Assembly: GCA_045837725.1 (NCBI GenBank)
Contig: JBEWZL010000076.1
Coordinates: forward strand, 310,001 to 374,000
Direction of reading: 5' to 3'
Source: Vermamoeba vermiformis
Lineage: Eukaryota
Length of the DNA stretch: 64,000 nucleotides
Shown here piece after piece: positions 39,786 through 52,379 of this stretch (position 1 is its first letter; every line of letters begins with the position of its first letter). The notes below the pieces were generated by a model, which saw only the letters and a list, made by a program, of their open reading frames with translations, did not search any database and had not been told where the DNA came from. The position numbers were made by a program, and so were the translations under genes.

Positions 39786-42227
39786 ATGGCGTCTCAATAC
39801 AAGGATCAAGCGCACCGTAGAATCGTTCAGTACTACCGACATCTTCTGCCTGAATTGTTTCAAGAACTAGATGCAGGCCTCGCGCCCAGTAAGTCTTACC
39901 AAAAAATAGTAAATCTTATTGCATTAGTATGCCACGTAGATTTGCGCCATACAGCGATTGAGTGCAGATGTCAAAATTAATTTTCTGAAAAGGCGCTTTA
40001 AAGTCTTGTTTACCTTATAATTAATAATCTGCCTATAATTATATCTGTATAATTCGTAATTAATTTAATGTATAATTATTTATTAATATTTGAATTCAGG
40101 CGATGTTTCTGGCAAAGATGCGGAACCGACCTTGGCTGACTATCAATTGGGTTGGGCTTCACAACCTGAAGTACGTATAACTTTTAATGCTTAAATAATA
40201 AAATTTATCGAATTTCGGATATCTTTTGGCGACTCTTATTCGAGTTGCAATTCGTTTGAATTTTCATCTGATCTTCGTCTTGTTATTTTTTCAGAATCAA
40301 ATTCGCTTTCAAGATATTTCTCTTAGCATACTTATATTAATAGTATATTATATTAGGAATTCGACTACGAGTTGCGAGTTACAGGCCGCATCCCGAAAGA
40401 ACTGAAAGGCACGTTGTTCAGAAACGGGCCTGGTTTGTTAGAAGTCTATGGAACTCCTTTAGTACATCCTATCGATGGCGATGGCATGGTAAATACATTA
40501 TTACTACAATTTAGAAATTTTAAAACGAGATCTGATTTTCGATCGAATTTTTTAGATCTGCTCGATTGCCATTGAGGACGGTAAAGCCCATTTCAAATCA
40601 AAATTCGTCAAGACTTCAGGCTATGTCACCGAGCAAACCAAGAAAAAAGCTGTTTTTAGAGGCATGATGGGAACTATCCCTGAAGGCGCGCAAAAACTTT
40701 CATACAAGTAAGCGGATCTCAATGATCAATTTTTGCAATAATTTATCGATACTTATGCTTGCCTTATTAGTTTTAAGAACCCTTCTAACACCAATGTGTT
40801 CGAATGGAACGGCAAATTGTTATCTTGTTGGGAATCCGGTTTGCCCTACGCACTGGATCCGGTCACACTTGAAACTGTCGGCAAAGGTAATACAATATAC
40901 TATAATATATTAACCTATACGTATATTATTTACTATCGTCGATGAATATTGGAGCTTCAGAATATGAATTTTGATTTTTTTGCTAACATGACACTTTTGA
41001 CAGATACCTTGGACGGGGCATTAGACGAATCAAAATGTTTAGGCGCGCATTTTAGAGTCGATCCCGTGACCAAACACTTGTTCGTGTTCAGTTTCAAGAT
41101 GATTCCTGGTAACCCAACGAGCTTCTTGTACTTCCACGAGTTCGATCAACAATACAAGTTGTTGAATCAATGGAAATTCCCCTTGGAAAATTACTTCTAT
41201 TGTAAGTCCTACGAGAATAATACTCGTACTGCAAATTACTTAATTTTTAATATTTATTTTTGCAAGGCCATGACTTTATGTTGACCGAGAACTATTTCAT
41301 CGTGCATCATTCACCGTTCTACAAGATGGACGATCAGATCTTGTTCAAGATGATCTCTGGTGAAGAATCTCCGGGCTCGATGGTCCGTTACCACTCGGAC
41401 ATGCCGTCGAGATTTTTGGTCATTGCACGCGACAAGAACTGCAATCCCATGGAAAAAATTCGTCAATTTGACATTCCTCCGTGCCATATCTATCATCACT
41501 GTAAGTATACTTCAATATACCTACGAGTCTTTGCAATAATTTCTGTAAGTTCACTCGGTCTAATCAAACAAATTTTCAGTGAACGGCTTTGAAGACCACG
41601 GCCACATTCACATCACGAGTGTATGTTTCGATGAAAATTTCACGATGGAATTTGAAGACAAAGTGGGCCTGTCCAACGGCTCCGTGAGTCCTGGCCGCGT
41701 GATCGACTTTGACCTGGACTTGACACAGATGCAAGCGCGGCACATTCAGGCTGATGACTGCAGCTGCGAGTTCCCGACCATTCACACTGGTTTGAACGGC
41801 AAGAACTGGCGCTTCGGCTATTTGATGGCCGCTGCAGCCCCCAACAAACCATTGCCTTATATGGAAGTCGTGAAATACGATCGTTGGAAACAACGCAGAC
41901 AAGTACGCTTTGACTTGCCTAATATAGTAATCGGCAATAACTAATTTCCTTATTTAGGTTTGGAGTGCCCGCAAAGAGTTCGGTGTCATTGGCGAGCCCA
42001 TTTTTATTCCGCGAGTGGATCCGTTGGAGTATGATCCAGCGCACGGTCCCGTTGACGAAGACGATGGCTGGGTGATGACGCAACTCTATGACGCGCGTAA
42101 TCACGTGACTCAATTCATCATCTTGGACGCTAAGAAGGTGGATGCAGGCCCCATTGCCAGATTGCATCTGGATCGTCATATTCCGTATGGATTCCACGGC
42201 ACTTTCTCGCACAATGTCTTTAAGTAA
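39786..42227 (+). CDS. Carotenoid cleavage dioxygenase (RPE65/ACO family)
   Basis: [82 protein letters not shown]: all four iron-binding His contexts present. Confidence 0.95.
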
Positions 42228-42441
42228 TAACAGTAATGATGAAACTGGTGTGGCATAATTAATCTTAATAATAAATGTTCTGTTACGAATGCAGATCGCA
42301 TGTCACTCGTCAAATTCGACAAAACTAAATTTAGTAGCCGCGAAAACACTAGTCAATAGCATTTTAATGAAGAGCACAATATAGTTTCATTTATGTAAGC
42401 CATTATTATCGTTACTGCTGAGCGAAACGGATCTGCGGTAG

Positions 42442-44372
42442 ATGGAAAAAAACGAGAAAGATTCGTGTGATATCGAAGAAGATCTGAAAGAAATTAATCA
42501 TATAGTATTTAACGAGCCTAATGATGATAAAAATATTCAATACGACTATAATGGACGGATCAAACTGCTTTCGTTTGGAAAATTAATGGAAAAACTAATT
42601 TCAGCATGTAAGTACTAATAACAGAAGCAGCACGTAAATATAATTATTATATTTTATAGTAATTAAACTTTAATACGCAGATCCAAGCTTCTCAAAATCG
42701 GTTTTGCTGACATACAGAGGGTTTCAAACTCCCAAAGTGCTTTTGTTAGCTCTAATTAAGAGGTAACATTCACAGATGATATATTTGTAGTGTTTACGTA
42801 ATCAGTAATATGATATTTAGATTTTTAACGGCGCCAGAGCAAGATCGACAGGTTGTTCGATTAAGGTATGCAATTTAACGTAAACAATGTTTTAATATTT
42901 TATTTTAGAGTATTATCAATCATTAAATTATGGATAACCAGCTTTTGGTCTGATTTTAACAAAGATCTGTCAGTACTTTTGCCGATTTTACAACGCTTTC
43001 TCGAAAAATGCTCCAAAAGCGATGAAAGTAGTATTAAATCGCTTAATACAGTGATTGATACTATTTCTGCCAAATTGGCGAATCAGGTAAGAGTGTTAAG
43101 CGGATATAGAATCTTAATTTGAAATCAAAAAGCACTCTCGACAATATGAAGCATAATGAATATAGCACCAATTAATTGACATCAATTAAAATAATTTTCT
43201 GTAGTTGTCGCTTTGTTCCAACCCAGATCCAGTCGATTATGCCAATCAAGCAAATTTACAATGCTCCATCCTCGAAGATGCGAATCCAATACAGCTACTT
43301 GATTATATTACACCTAAAGAGCTTGCTGAACAATTAACAATGTATGAATGGTCAACGTGGAGTAAGATCCAGCCGAGCGAGCTAGTAAATCTGGGTTGGA
43401 CGAAAAAGAACCGCCATGAAACCTCTCCTAATGTCCTTAAAACAATGTCCATTTTTAGTACAATATCTTCTTGGGTCGCAATGTCCATTTTGGTCCAAGA
43501 AGACTTGCATCACCGAATTTTACGAATGGAATACTGGATCTGGACAGCTCAGCGCTTGATCAAACTCAATAATTTCAATACTGCTTGTAACAAAACCAAG
43601 AGTTTGGTTAAGGGGTAAAATATGTGTTTATTGTAGTAAAATAATAAAAGAACGAATAAAACAGCGTTCGAATCGGTTTTGTGCGCTGAGTCACGTGATT
43701 TATTGCCTACGTGGCAATAAACACGAGTTTTGTTACACTGCTGTGGCCATAATGTCTGGTCTAATTAGAGGACCAGTCCAGCGCTTAACAAATACAAGAA
43801 AGGTACGGAAAACAACTTGGCACGCGTCATCCGTAACATTTTAAATTTAATTTTGTAGCGCTTTTGGACGCTTATAGATTTGACTTAAAATGACCAAATT
43901 AATAATACGATCTTAATGTATTTTCAATAGTTAAAAGCTAAATTAACCATCAGATCCTTAGAGTCTAAGCGAAGATTGTAGAAGGATCTTAGGAGAAATA
44001 GAACGGCTCTGTGATCACAAAGCATTACGAGACGAGTTAACCAACGCAACGCTGCCGTGCATTCCTTATTTGGGACTCTATTTGAATGACTTGACTTTTC
44101 TGTACGATACTGGCTATGATTACAATGGGCCTTTAATAGAGTGGAAAAAGCATGAAATGGCAGCAGAATTATTAACGACGCTGTTCTACTATCAGGAAGT
44201 TCCTTACACGTTCACATCCACCCCGCTCGTTCCACAAAAAATCGAGAATTATGAATTTTTCGGTGTAGAAGAATTACAACTTTGCAGTCAATATTTAGAG
44301 CCTGGAAACGGCAACAAACCTCAATGCTTATTTGATTATCAGGAAAAATTAAAAAATAAAAAAAAGGAATGA
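42442..44372 (+). CDS. RasGEF (REM + CDC25 domain), interrupted by a 152-bp insertion
   Basis: SFGKLMEKL, LLTYRGF, LRVLSIIKLWI, ELAEQLTMYE, WTK...SPNV, LNNFN[insertion]TAVAIMSGL...VQRL, PCIPYLGLYLNDLTFL. Confidence 0.88.
43586..43737. mobile_element. 152-bp TG...CA insertion with 11-bp TIR and 5-bp target-site duplication
   Basis: Ends TGTAACAAAAC / GTTTTGTTACA; CTGCT duplicated at 43581-43585 and 43738-43742; deleting the element plus one copy restores the in-frame RasGEF consensus. Confidence 0.9.
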
Positions 44373-44398
44373 TTTTCTATTAATACACTTCTATCCAT

Positions 44399-45540
44399 TT
44401 ATTTTCGCTTATCCTTTTCTTTATCAGTACCAGCGCTATGTTTCTTCCTTATTTTATCCAATCTATTGCCAGTCTCTACTGACGTAATGTTCTCCCAAAA
44501 ATTTCTGGATGCGCCTTTGTCGCTAATTCCCGCAATTTGCTTGTAATATTTTAAAATCTTATTTGGCGTATCTGCATCGATATATTCTTTCGGATTATTC
44601 GGGTTTTTGACGCGCAGGAAGTATCTGTCCGAATCATCGGGATCTTGCATCACCACGGCTGTGCCTTCGACTTTTTTGCCTTCCGCGCCTAATTTACATT
44701 TGAATTCTTTGCCGACTGCAAACTCCTCTTCGGTCATAATAAAATTAGTACTATACAATTAATAACAAAAGTATTCATAGCGAGATCTACCTTCATGTTT
44801 GCCGAGGTAGGCAAACGTTATTCCGTGACAACTGTTATCGCGACGACGTTTCTCTCGTGGTCCTTTAGCAGCTGGTGGTGAAATTTCATTTTGTTTTCTC
44901 TTCGTAGCGCCTTTGCTGTTTCTGCGCGGGGTTTCTGGGGACGGTTGATCGGGAATCCAATCCGGATCTTCGACGGTTTTGTTTTCTTCGGTCTTTGTTG
45001 CTGGTTCTGGGTACAATTTATCGCGCAAATCATCGGCTATATCACCCATATCAATTTTGTCGTCTTCTAGTACTTCTAATAATTCAGCGACGGTAATGTT
45101 TTTGGATTCGAGCTCTTCGATCAGTCGTTCGCATAAATAACCTGCGCCACCCATCATAGCATATTCAAAATATCGACTCTTTAAGTCTGCTTCTGTTATT
45201 TTAAACTTATGGCTCTTTTCAAAGGCGCATCCGAGCTCCCGCCAACTGTCGTGTTTTGCGATCTGGTGCGCTAGATTCGTCTTAATAGTCTTTGAAATGC
45301 CTTTTAAATATTCTATATTGCCTATACAATATGTATAAATTAGAATAAGGCCAGGACAAACAAAATTACTTTCGATCGAAAAATATCTACCGATGAATTT
45401 TAATTTACATCACACGTATATTTATGGCGTAAAATTATAGTAATAAATTAAAATTACTAAATAATTATCGCTTGATATGTTTTCCGGCTTCGATCGATCT
45501 GATCACCGAAACGTCCCATCCGCTTACCTTTTGCTGCCAT
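44399..45540 (-). CDS. Death-domain-like N-terminus + RAMA-like C-terminal domain protein
   Basis: Exons 45540-45528, 45321-44791, 44727-44399. N-terminal YLKGISKTIKTNLAHQIAKHDSWRELGCAF...RYFEY...ERLIEELESKNITVAELLEVLED...DIADDL; basic NLS-like linker; C-terminal DTPNKILKYYKQIAG...SRNFWENITSVETGNRLDKIRK. Confidence 0.7.
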
Positions 45541-45726
45541 TTCTAATAATACGTTCTATCGCCACATAATAAATATACACTATATTGTTGCGTTAAAGGC
45601 AACTGTTTTTCATAACAAAAAACTTCGGACAATAAATCTGAGAAAGACCGACAAGCGAATAAAATTGATAAAAAACCACTATTTTACATTTACCAAGGAC
45701 TATTTACACTATTAGACGCATTATAA

Positions 45727-47398
45727 TTACGAATAATAAGAAAATTTCCTTCGTTCTTCGGCCAATCTCTTCCGTTTCATATTCGTGTGGAGTTTATAGC
45801 CGCCATAAATAGGCCCGCCAATCACTAACGCCGGCACTGCCAATGCGAGGGCTAATACACCACCTACGACCATGCCCGTGCCTATCGCGACTTTCATTCC
45901 GAACCGCTTGCCAGGGCTGATCTGTTCCATGCGCTGGCCTTGCATGCCTGGACAGCCGAGCACGTTGTACAGCTGGAAGTGAGCGGAGGTGTACTTGCCG
46001 CCGCACAGCCAACAGAACTGGTACTGACAGTGCGTGCACGTCATGTGATTGCAGCCGCTGTTCTTCTCAATGGCAGCACGGCACTGCGGACACTGACGCG
46101 TGTTGTGTTTGCGCCACTGGTCGAAGGACTCGTCGGCGTGGCCGTTGACTTGTTTCCACTCGCGGTACTGCTCGCACGTGCCTTGGTGCCATTCCTCGTG
46201 GCACAAGAAACAGAACTCAAATTGACACCTGTCACAACGCATCTGACGGTACTCGGGGTCACCAATCATCGCGTTGCCACAGCTAGGCTTCGGACACCAC
46301 CGTGCATTGGGCTCTTGGCTCAGCGCTGCGTGCAGTGTGAAGTCCTCGTACTTGTGGAAATGTTCTGCCGACACTGCACGCTGGATCTGCTCACAAAATA
46401 TCAGCATCAAATCACTATTATACTGATATAGTATAATATAGGTTATTAGGTTATAATCGTACCTCTGTATAAGAAATTGTTTCGTCACATCTGGGATCCG
46501 GGCACGGAATGTCCAAGACTTGCTTCTCGACAATTTTGAGCTGCAAATATTCAGTGAAACAAGCATTGCAGTATAAATGTTTGCAATGTTTCAATTTGAT
46601 CATTTGAGACCGTGGAAATTCGTCGGTACAAATCGGGCATTCATGAACAGCATTCCAATCAGTATTATCCAGCTCTTCTTGGTCTACGACTAAATAAGAG
46701 TCGAATGTGTCTACTATTTCATCCCTATTTTCTTTCTTTTCGTTGTTATTGGCAAGATCCAGATCAAAGCTCGGATTTGGTTCGTTGACATCTGCGATAG
46801 ATTGTTTCTCGGGATAGTGCAAGTGGTGAATATGCGTGTTAACACGTTCGTGCTGCATGAGGAAATCGGTATCGATCAATTCCTGAAAAGGTATTAGAAT
46901 TTTTCTATTTTTCAAATAATAGGATCTTACGTCAGTAAAGATCCAAAAGAATAATTCAAAGTTTATCTTTATCGATATAACATATTTAAATAATTAGTCT
47001 TACGTGTGCCCAGCCATTTTGAAGCTCGTCGCTCTGTTTCTGAGACGGATTTCGATTGGTACCGTTTTCCAATTCTTTAGAGAAAGCAGGCTTTCTTGCC
47101 GATAATAGAGAAAATTGATAGTCTTCATCAATGGCATCAATTCTATCGTTCAACTCCAGTAAGATCGGCAACAGTTTCGAGTTTTCGATAAAGATCTCGA
47201 TGAGGACTTGAATGCGCTGCTTTACATCGCCGAGTTTCGATCCAAATACAGCAGTATTCTTAATACCATTATCGATATCTGATTTTAGCTCGTTAATTCG
47301 CTCTTTGAGCTGTTGAACTTCTGAATCCAACTCGAATTCCTAAAGTTTCGTTAAATCTCTGTACAAATACAAGTCGTATTGAAGTAACTTACTTCCAT
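45727..47398 (-). CDS. RBR E3 ubiquitin ligase with C-terminal TM helix and GAT-like N-terminus
   Basis: RING1 CPICTD...CKHLYCNAC...CPDPRC; IBR WCPKPSC...CDRC...FCFLCHEEWHQGTC; RING2 CPQCRAAIEKNSGCNHMTCTHCQYQFCWLC; hydrophobic segment near the C-terminus. Confidence 0.93.
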
Positions 47399-47937
47399 AT
47401 TTATATTATGTTAGAGGTGTGGTCACCGTCATTGAGCTAGTTCTGAATTCCCTGCAATGATTTTCTGGTTGTGCTTTTTTGGGCACGTGGCCGATTTTCT
47501 TTTAATATCCATCATTGTTGAAAATACAGGACATAATAATTTGAGCTGCACGACGAATAGATACAAAGTACAATGCATTAATTATGAAAATAAAAATTTG
47601 GTGCATCTTGTTGTTTTACAATTCTTCAAAATTAGCGCTCTAGACCCGGATATAATTATTTACTACAGTGTATAATTATTACGGCGCATTCTATGGCACG
47701 AAGAAAATTACGTCATAAAGGGAAAACTTTTGATGCATCTTGCCAAAAGTAGCCGTTGAGCTCAAATTCAAACATGAGGTTCATCGTAGCTTACCGCAGA
47801 AGCAATACGATATACATATATATAAGGCAAAGATATGACGGTCCGTGGTCGTGTGGTACATCCGCGGGCCGCTTGACACAAAAAAATTGTTGCTCTCCAG
47901 TTTTAACCTTTGAATGTACTGTGATCAATAGACCACC

Positions 47938-49258
47938 ATGCAAGCACTATGGGATAGATATATAGCACTGTTTCCTTATGAGGATAAGTGGATCTTTGCG
48001 AGTAAGTTTTTGAACGGATCTTGATCTCGAAATCAATCGGTCGTATTAACTTGATTATACAGTCAACTCATTTATTATACACGAAATAACATTTTGGACT
48101 GCAAATGGACTGTTATTTTTGTGTCATTACATGGGATGGTTTTCAAAATACAAAATCCAAGGCTCAGAAATGCCTTCAGCTCGATTAATTAAGCAGTGCC
48201 TCATAGAGTCAGTCATAAATCATTTTATCGTACAGGTAAGAATATCATTAGCGATTTTTTCAAAAATCAAATCGAAATTGAATTCCTAGCCAGATTTGAC
48301 ACTGGTGTTTTGAAAGACACCATCAATATTCGCAATAATTCAATAAAAATATAGAAACTTAATTGAATTACTATTTCTATCCATTGGCTCACATTTCCCT
48401 TCGGGATTGACTCTCCACGGAGATCCGAAACTTTGACATTTGACCTGTAAATCATTAATAGCAGTATTTTTATATAGATCCCTACTCTACTGCTATTATA
48501 CCCGCTCTTCGCCAAGACAGGCCTCAGAATACACGAGCCACTGCCGAGCGCCTTTGAAGTTGTTTGGCAGAACGTAGTCTTCTTTATATTATGTGATTTT
48601 ACGTTCTATTGGTCTCATCGTGCATTCCACTCGCCGTTGTTGTTCAAAAAAATTCATTCGCAGCATCATCGATTTGTAACTACGATTGGTATTGCTTCGG
48701 AGTTTGCGCATCCGGTATGAAACTTGAAACTAATGCTATATCATCAGGTCATATACTAATAGCATATAATATGCAGGTCGAGCAAGTTGTATCTTCACTT
48801 ATTTCAACTCTGGTAAGCAATTCAAAAGATCCTAAATTCTTTTTCGCTTATTATTTTTCGTTCCGTAGATTGGCCCGATGCTATTAAATATTCACTTATT
48901 TACATATATAGTCTATATGTTCATAAGAATATTAGAGACTATTGATGCGCACTCAGGATACACTTTTCCATTAAGGTACGCGGATCTCTCTTGTAGCGAA
49001 CGATTCTAACTAAATTGTATGATAGTCCGTTTAGACTATTACCTCATATATTTTTGGGGCCTGAAGGTCACGATTTTCATCACAGGTAAGCTCGTGTAAC
49101 GGATCTGTTATTTTGCTAGGAACCAGTCTAATGATTTTTTCAGCCATAACGATGGAAATTACGGCATGTTGAAGTTTTGGGACTGGATAATGGGCACTGA
49201 TAAGGCATTTAACAAATGGAAACGAGATCAAGCTGAACCAAAAACGAAAAAGGCCTGA
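47938..49258 (+). CDS. Sterol C4-methyl oxidase / fatty-acid hydroxylase family enzyme
   Basis: His boxes YWSHRAFH, IHSQHH, EFAHPVE, DAHSGY, HDFHHSHNDGNYG...WDWIMGTD across seven exons. Confidence 0.92.
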
Positions 49259-49560
49259 TCGAGACCTATGCTAACAAATTATTAAATAAATATTCTCGTA
49301 CGGTTATTCGAAATGCTAATTACATTGAACGCTATCCTTTAATTTATTTTACGAGAATTTAAAGGTAATTGATTTTGTTGTTACCTTATATAAAACGCAG
49401 AGGTCCTGGGCATGCCCTTAGAATATACCTTCGTACAGGCAGTGCCACCTAAGTTACAGTAACTGCAGGCAAATTTGCTGCTCGGGCAGCGGAGTTGCAG
49501 AAACTAAACTCGATCGAAGCTAAAACCCAAATTTAGAACGAAAGTTCAGTCAGTTCTAGA

Positions 49561-49566
49561 CACGTG
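49561..49566. promoter_or_regulatory. CACGTG E-box/G-box upstream of the Crinkler-like gene (one of six similarly placed copies)
   Basis: GACACGTGAC about 90 nt upstream of the ATG at 49652; see the finding on recurrent placement. Confidence 0.35.
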
Positions 49567-49651
49567 ACTTTTTGAAATTATTGCTGCATTTCTAGAGCAA
49601 CAAAAGAAACTCGACCACTCCACTCTTATTCACGCAACCAAGCTGTCGAAC

Positions 49652-52299
49652 ATGCTCCACATCCTCACCACCGCATGCAAAAAGGTTTTCGGGGCAAGCC
49701 GACCATTCTCGGTTGGTTTTAAGAACTACAGGAATAAACTGCACAAAAAGAAGCGTAGTAATTTTAAATAATTATTTAGAATATGCGTTAATTTTTGCGC
49801 AGCCGAAATGTTTGTCAAAGGTGTCATCTCGCAGATTAACCGGTAAGAAATGCATTATATGGCCGTAAACGTTGCCAATTCCTCGCACATTATTTAATTA
49901 GACCGCTGGTTAAATTAACAATTTTTAGGGAATTAATTTACGAAAAACCGAAATCTGGATTCCAAATTCGTTCCTATTCGGTAAATCAACGCTCAGACGA
50001 TTTGTACAGCCAAAGAGGTACGAAGAATAACAATGTTCGAAAGATTTTAATCATAAGCAACAGATGAAGTACGCCATTGGCAGGCCGAACAAATTGCCGG
50101 CTGGATGCAACGCAACGCAAATCTATTGACAAGCCAAATCCAAGTAATCTTGGACCAGGCTATGACTGGCAGAGACATCTTAGCCAAAGAAGTGGTGTCG
50201 TTCCAAACACTTCATGCTGAGCATCCTAAAGCTACCCGCGAGTTGTGGGAAGCCTTTCAAAAGTTTCGGATGGGTCAGTACTGAAGTCACAAATGATCCT
50301 GTTGTTAACAATATTTGCAGCTTATATGATTCCCACTGAGCTACGTCCTGAACAAGCTTCATTCTCTCCTGACACCAACGTACTTGACATACCTTTTGTT
50401 GGCCGTGCTGCTTCAATTAAAAAAGCTCTTGTTGCTGTACAAACACACGCAAACACTGCCATCTACTCAAAGAGCAACAGCAATATTGATGAAATTCGTG
50501 TTGGAAACTCTTGTCTTTTTGCAGTTGGTGCACCTGGAATTGGCAAGACTAGATTTGGAGAAGAATTTCCACAACTGCTAGCTAAGCAAGCTACTGGCAA
50601 TCTGGAACAAAAGTTACAGAATGTTAGAACTGTACGACTCACATTCAAGGGTGGCAAAAACATTAGTGCTCAGGATACCAAATGGGAAGACTCTACAGAC
50701 CAAGTCAACTGGATTTTGACGTCCAGAGCAATTCATGCTGTTTACAACATCAACCAACCTTATAAAGACTGGGCACTGGAGCTTTCAAAATTGTTAGGCA
50801 ACGACTTGCCACAGCACTTCAACATGAACAAATTCATTGAAGAGTTGCATCGCAGAGATCAATCGGCAACAACAATTTATTTTCACTTAGATGAAGTTCA
50901 ACAGGTCAAACTACTACCACCAGTGGTTGGTGCAGATGTGATTAGAACACTCTCAACTCTCTATGCCAAGTACAACTCAGAAAAGCTCTTGACTCTACTG
51001 CTCTTCACTGGTACAATACTGTCTGATATTAAGTCTGTACTTGAGAAGCAACTTGGTGTTGGAAGCTCTGTTGACTTTCCTTTGGTTAGCTTGCCGATGG
51101 AGACACTAGAAGAAACGCAAATAAATGACATTATTTCCTCAATGAAGAGAGATGGCAAATTACCATGGTTGCGGGATGATTGGAATGAATCCACATCTTT
51201 TAAGAAGCTGGTGGCTTACCTTGGTGGAGTGCCACGTCTTCTGGAGCTGTTGTTCCTTGCTGGCACCATTACCTGTGACATAAACGACATGGCAACAATC
51301 TTGAGCACCTCAACTGAGGAGAGATACTCAATTAACACTGGCCAGCCTTCAGTCTACAATGCATGCTGCCTAGCTCTTTCTGGCAAGCAGTTTGAACTCA
51401 CTGATAAGCTTCCAAACGCCCCAGAACTGACAGTGGAGCAGCTATGCTCAAATGGCTATCTTTTCTTGGCTCCTGGTGGGCAGCTAAAGGTTCCATTTGT
51501 TTATGTTGGCTTGACAGTGTTGCCTGGAGACTTTGCTAAAGGAGATTTTGAAGATAAAATCACAGCCATGCGCCAAAAGCTTCTTACTCCAACTGGAACA
51601 TTGCTTTGGCAAGATTTTGAGGCATTCACATTGGTCTACTCTATGGTACGAGTCAAAGCCCTTCTACACCTCAAATACACAACATTCACAGTCAAAGATT
51701 GCTTCCATCATGCCCATACAATGTCCAAAAACATTGAACCATTGCAATTTAAACTGGCCGAACGAGATTATGTTGAACTTGGCAGTAGATGGCCAGAAAG
51801 TGGATGGCCAGTTTCCAGATTAAAAGGTCCAGTTAATGTGGAAGATATCCTTGACTCTGTATTCCTCAATGCTAGTGGAGCTTCATTTGATGGCTTTGAA
51901 TTTGTGGAACTGGCTGACAAACAAGAATATGTCATCTTTGCACACCAAAATAAGTACACAGCTGATGGTAAAACAGTTTTGTCATCAAAATCTATTGCTG
52001 AAGAAGCAGAGAAAGCACAAGCAGCATTTCAGAAATGGAAGAAGTCAGTGGAGCCTAATGACAAAAACTTGATGGCCCTAAAGGAAGCCACAAAGCAACT
52101 TATTCTCGTTATCTTCACTAATTGCAATGTAGTACTAGACCCTGTCCATCCTATGCCACATGAAAATATAATTGTTATCAACAATTACAAGCACTTTGGT
52201 CCATTCCAAGCTGTCACTAAATTTTTTCAAGTGCGAGATGACAAGGATGGAAAGAATGTGCTTGATGGATCAAAAACTAATTCTGTTCCCAGCCCTTGA
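49652..52299 (+). CDS. Crinkler/RHS (CR)-type protein: presequence + SAM header + P-loop NTPase + PD-(D/E)XK REase
   Basis: Five exons (49652-49755, 49803-49842, 49929-50017, 50064-50273, 50321-52299). SAM-like EVRHWQAEQIAGWMQ...AMTGRDIL; Walker A GAPGIGKT; Walker B YFHLDEVQ; LFTGT; LGGVPRLLE; nuclease WQDFE...NASGASFDG...HQNKYT. Confidence 0.85.
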
Positions 52300-52379
52300 A
52301 ATGTACATGTCTTGCAATGTTCATAACCACCTGGTTTTTTTTGAATAAAGTTAGCCTTTTTTCTTTATTTTGAATAGCA

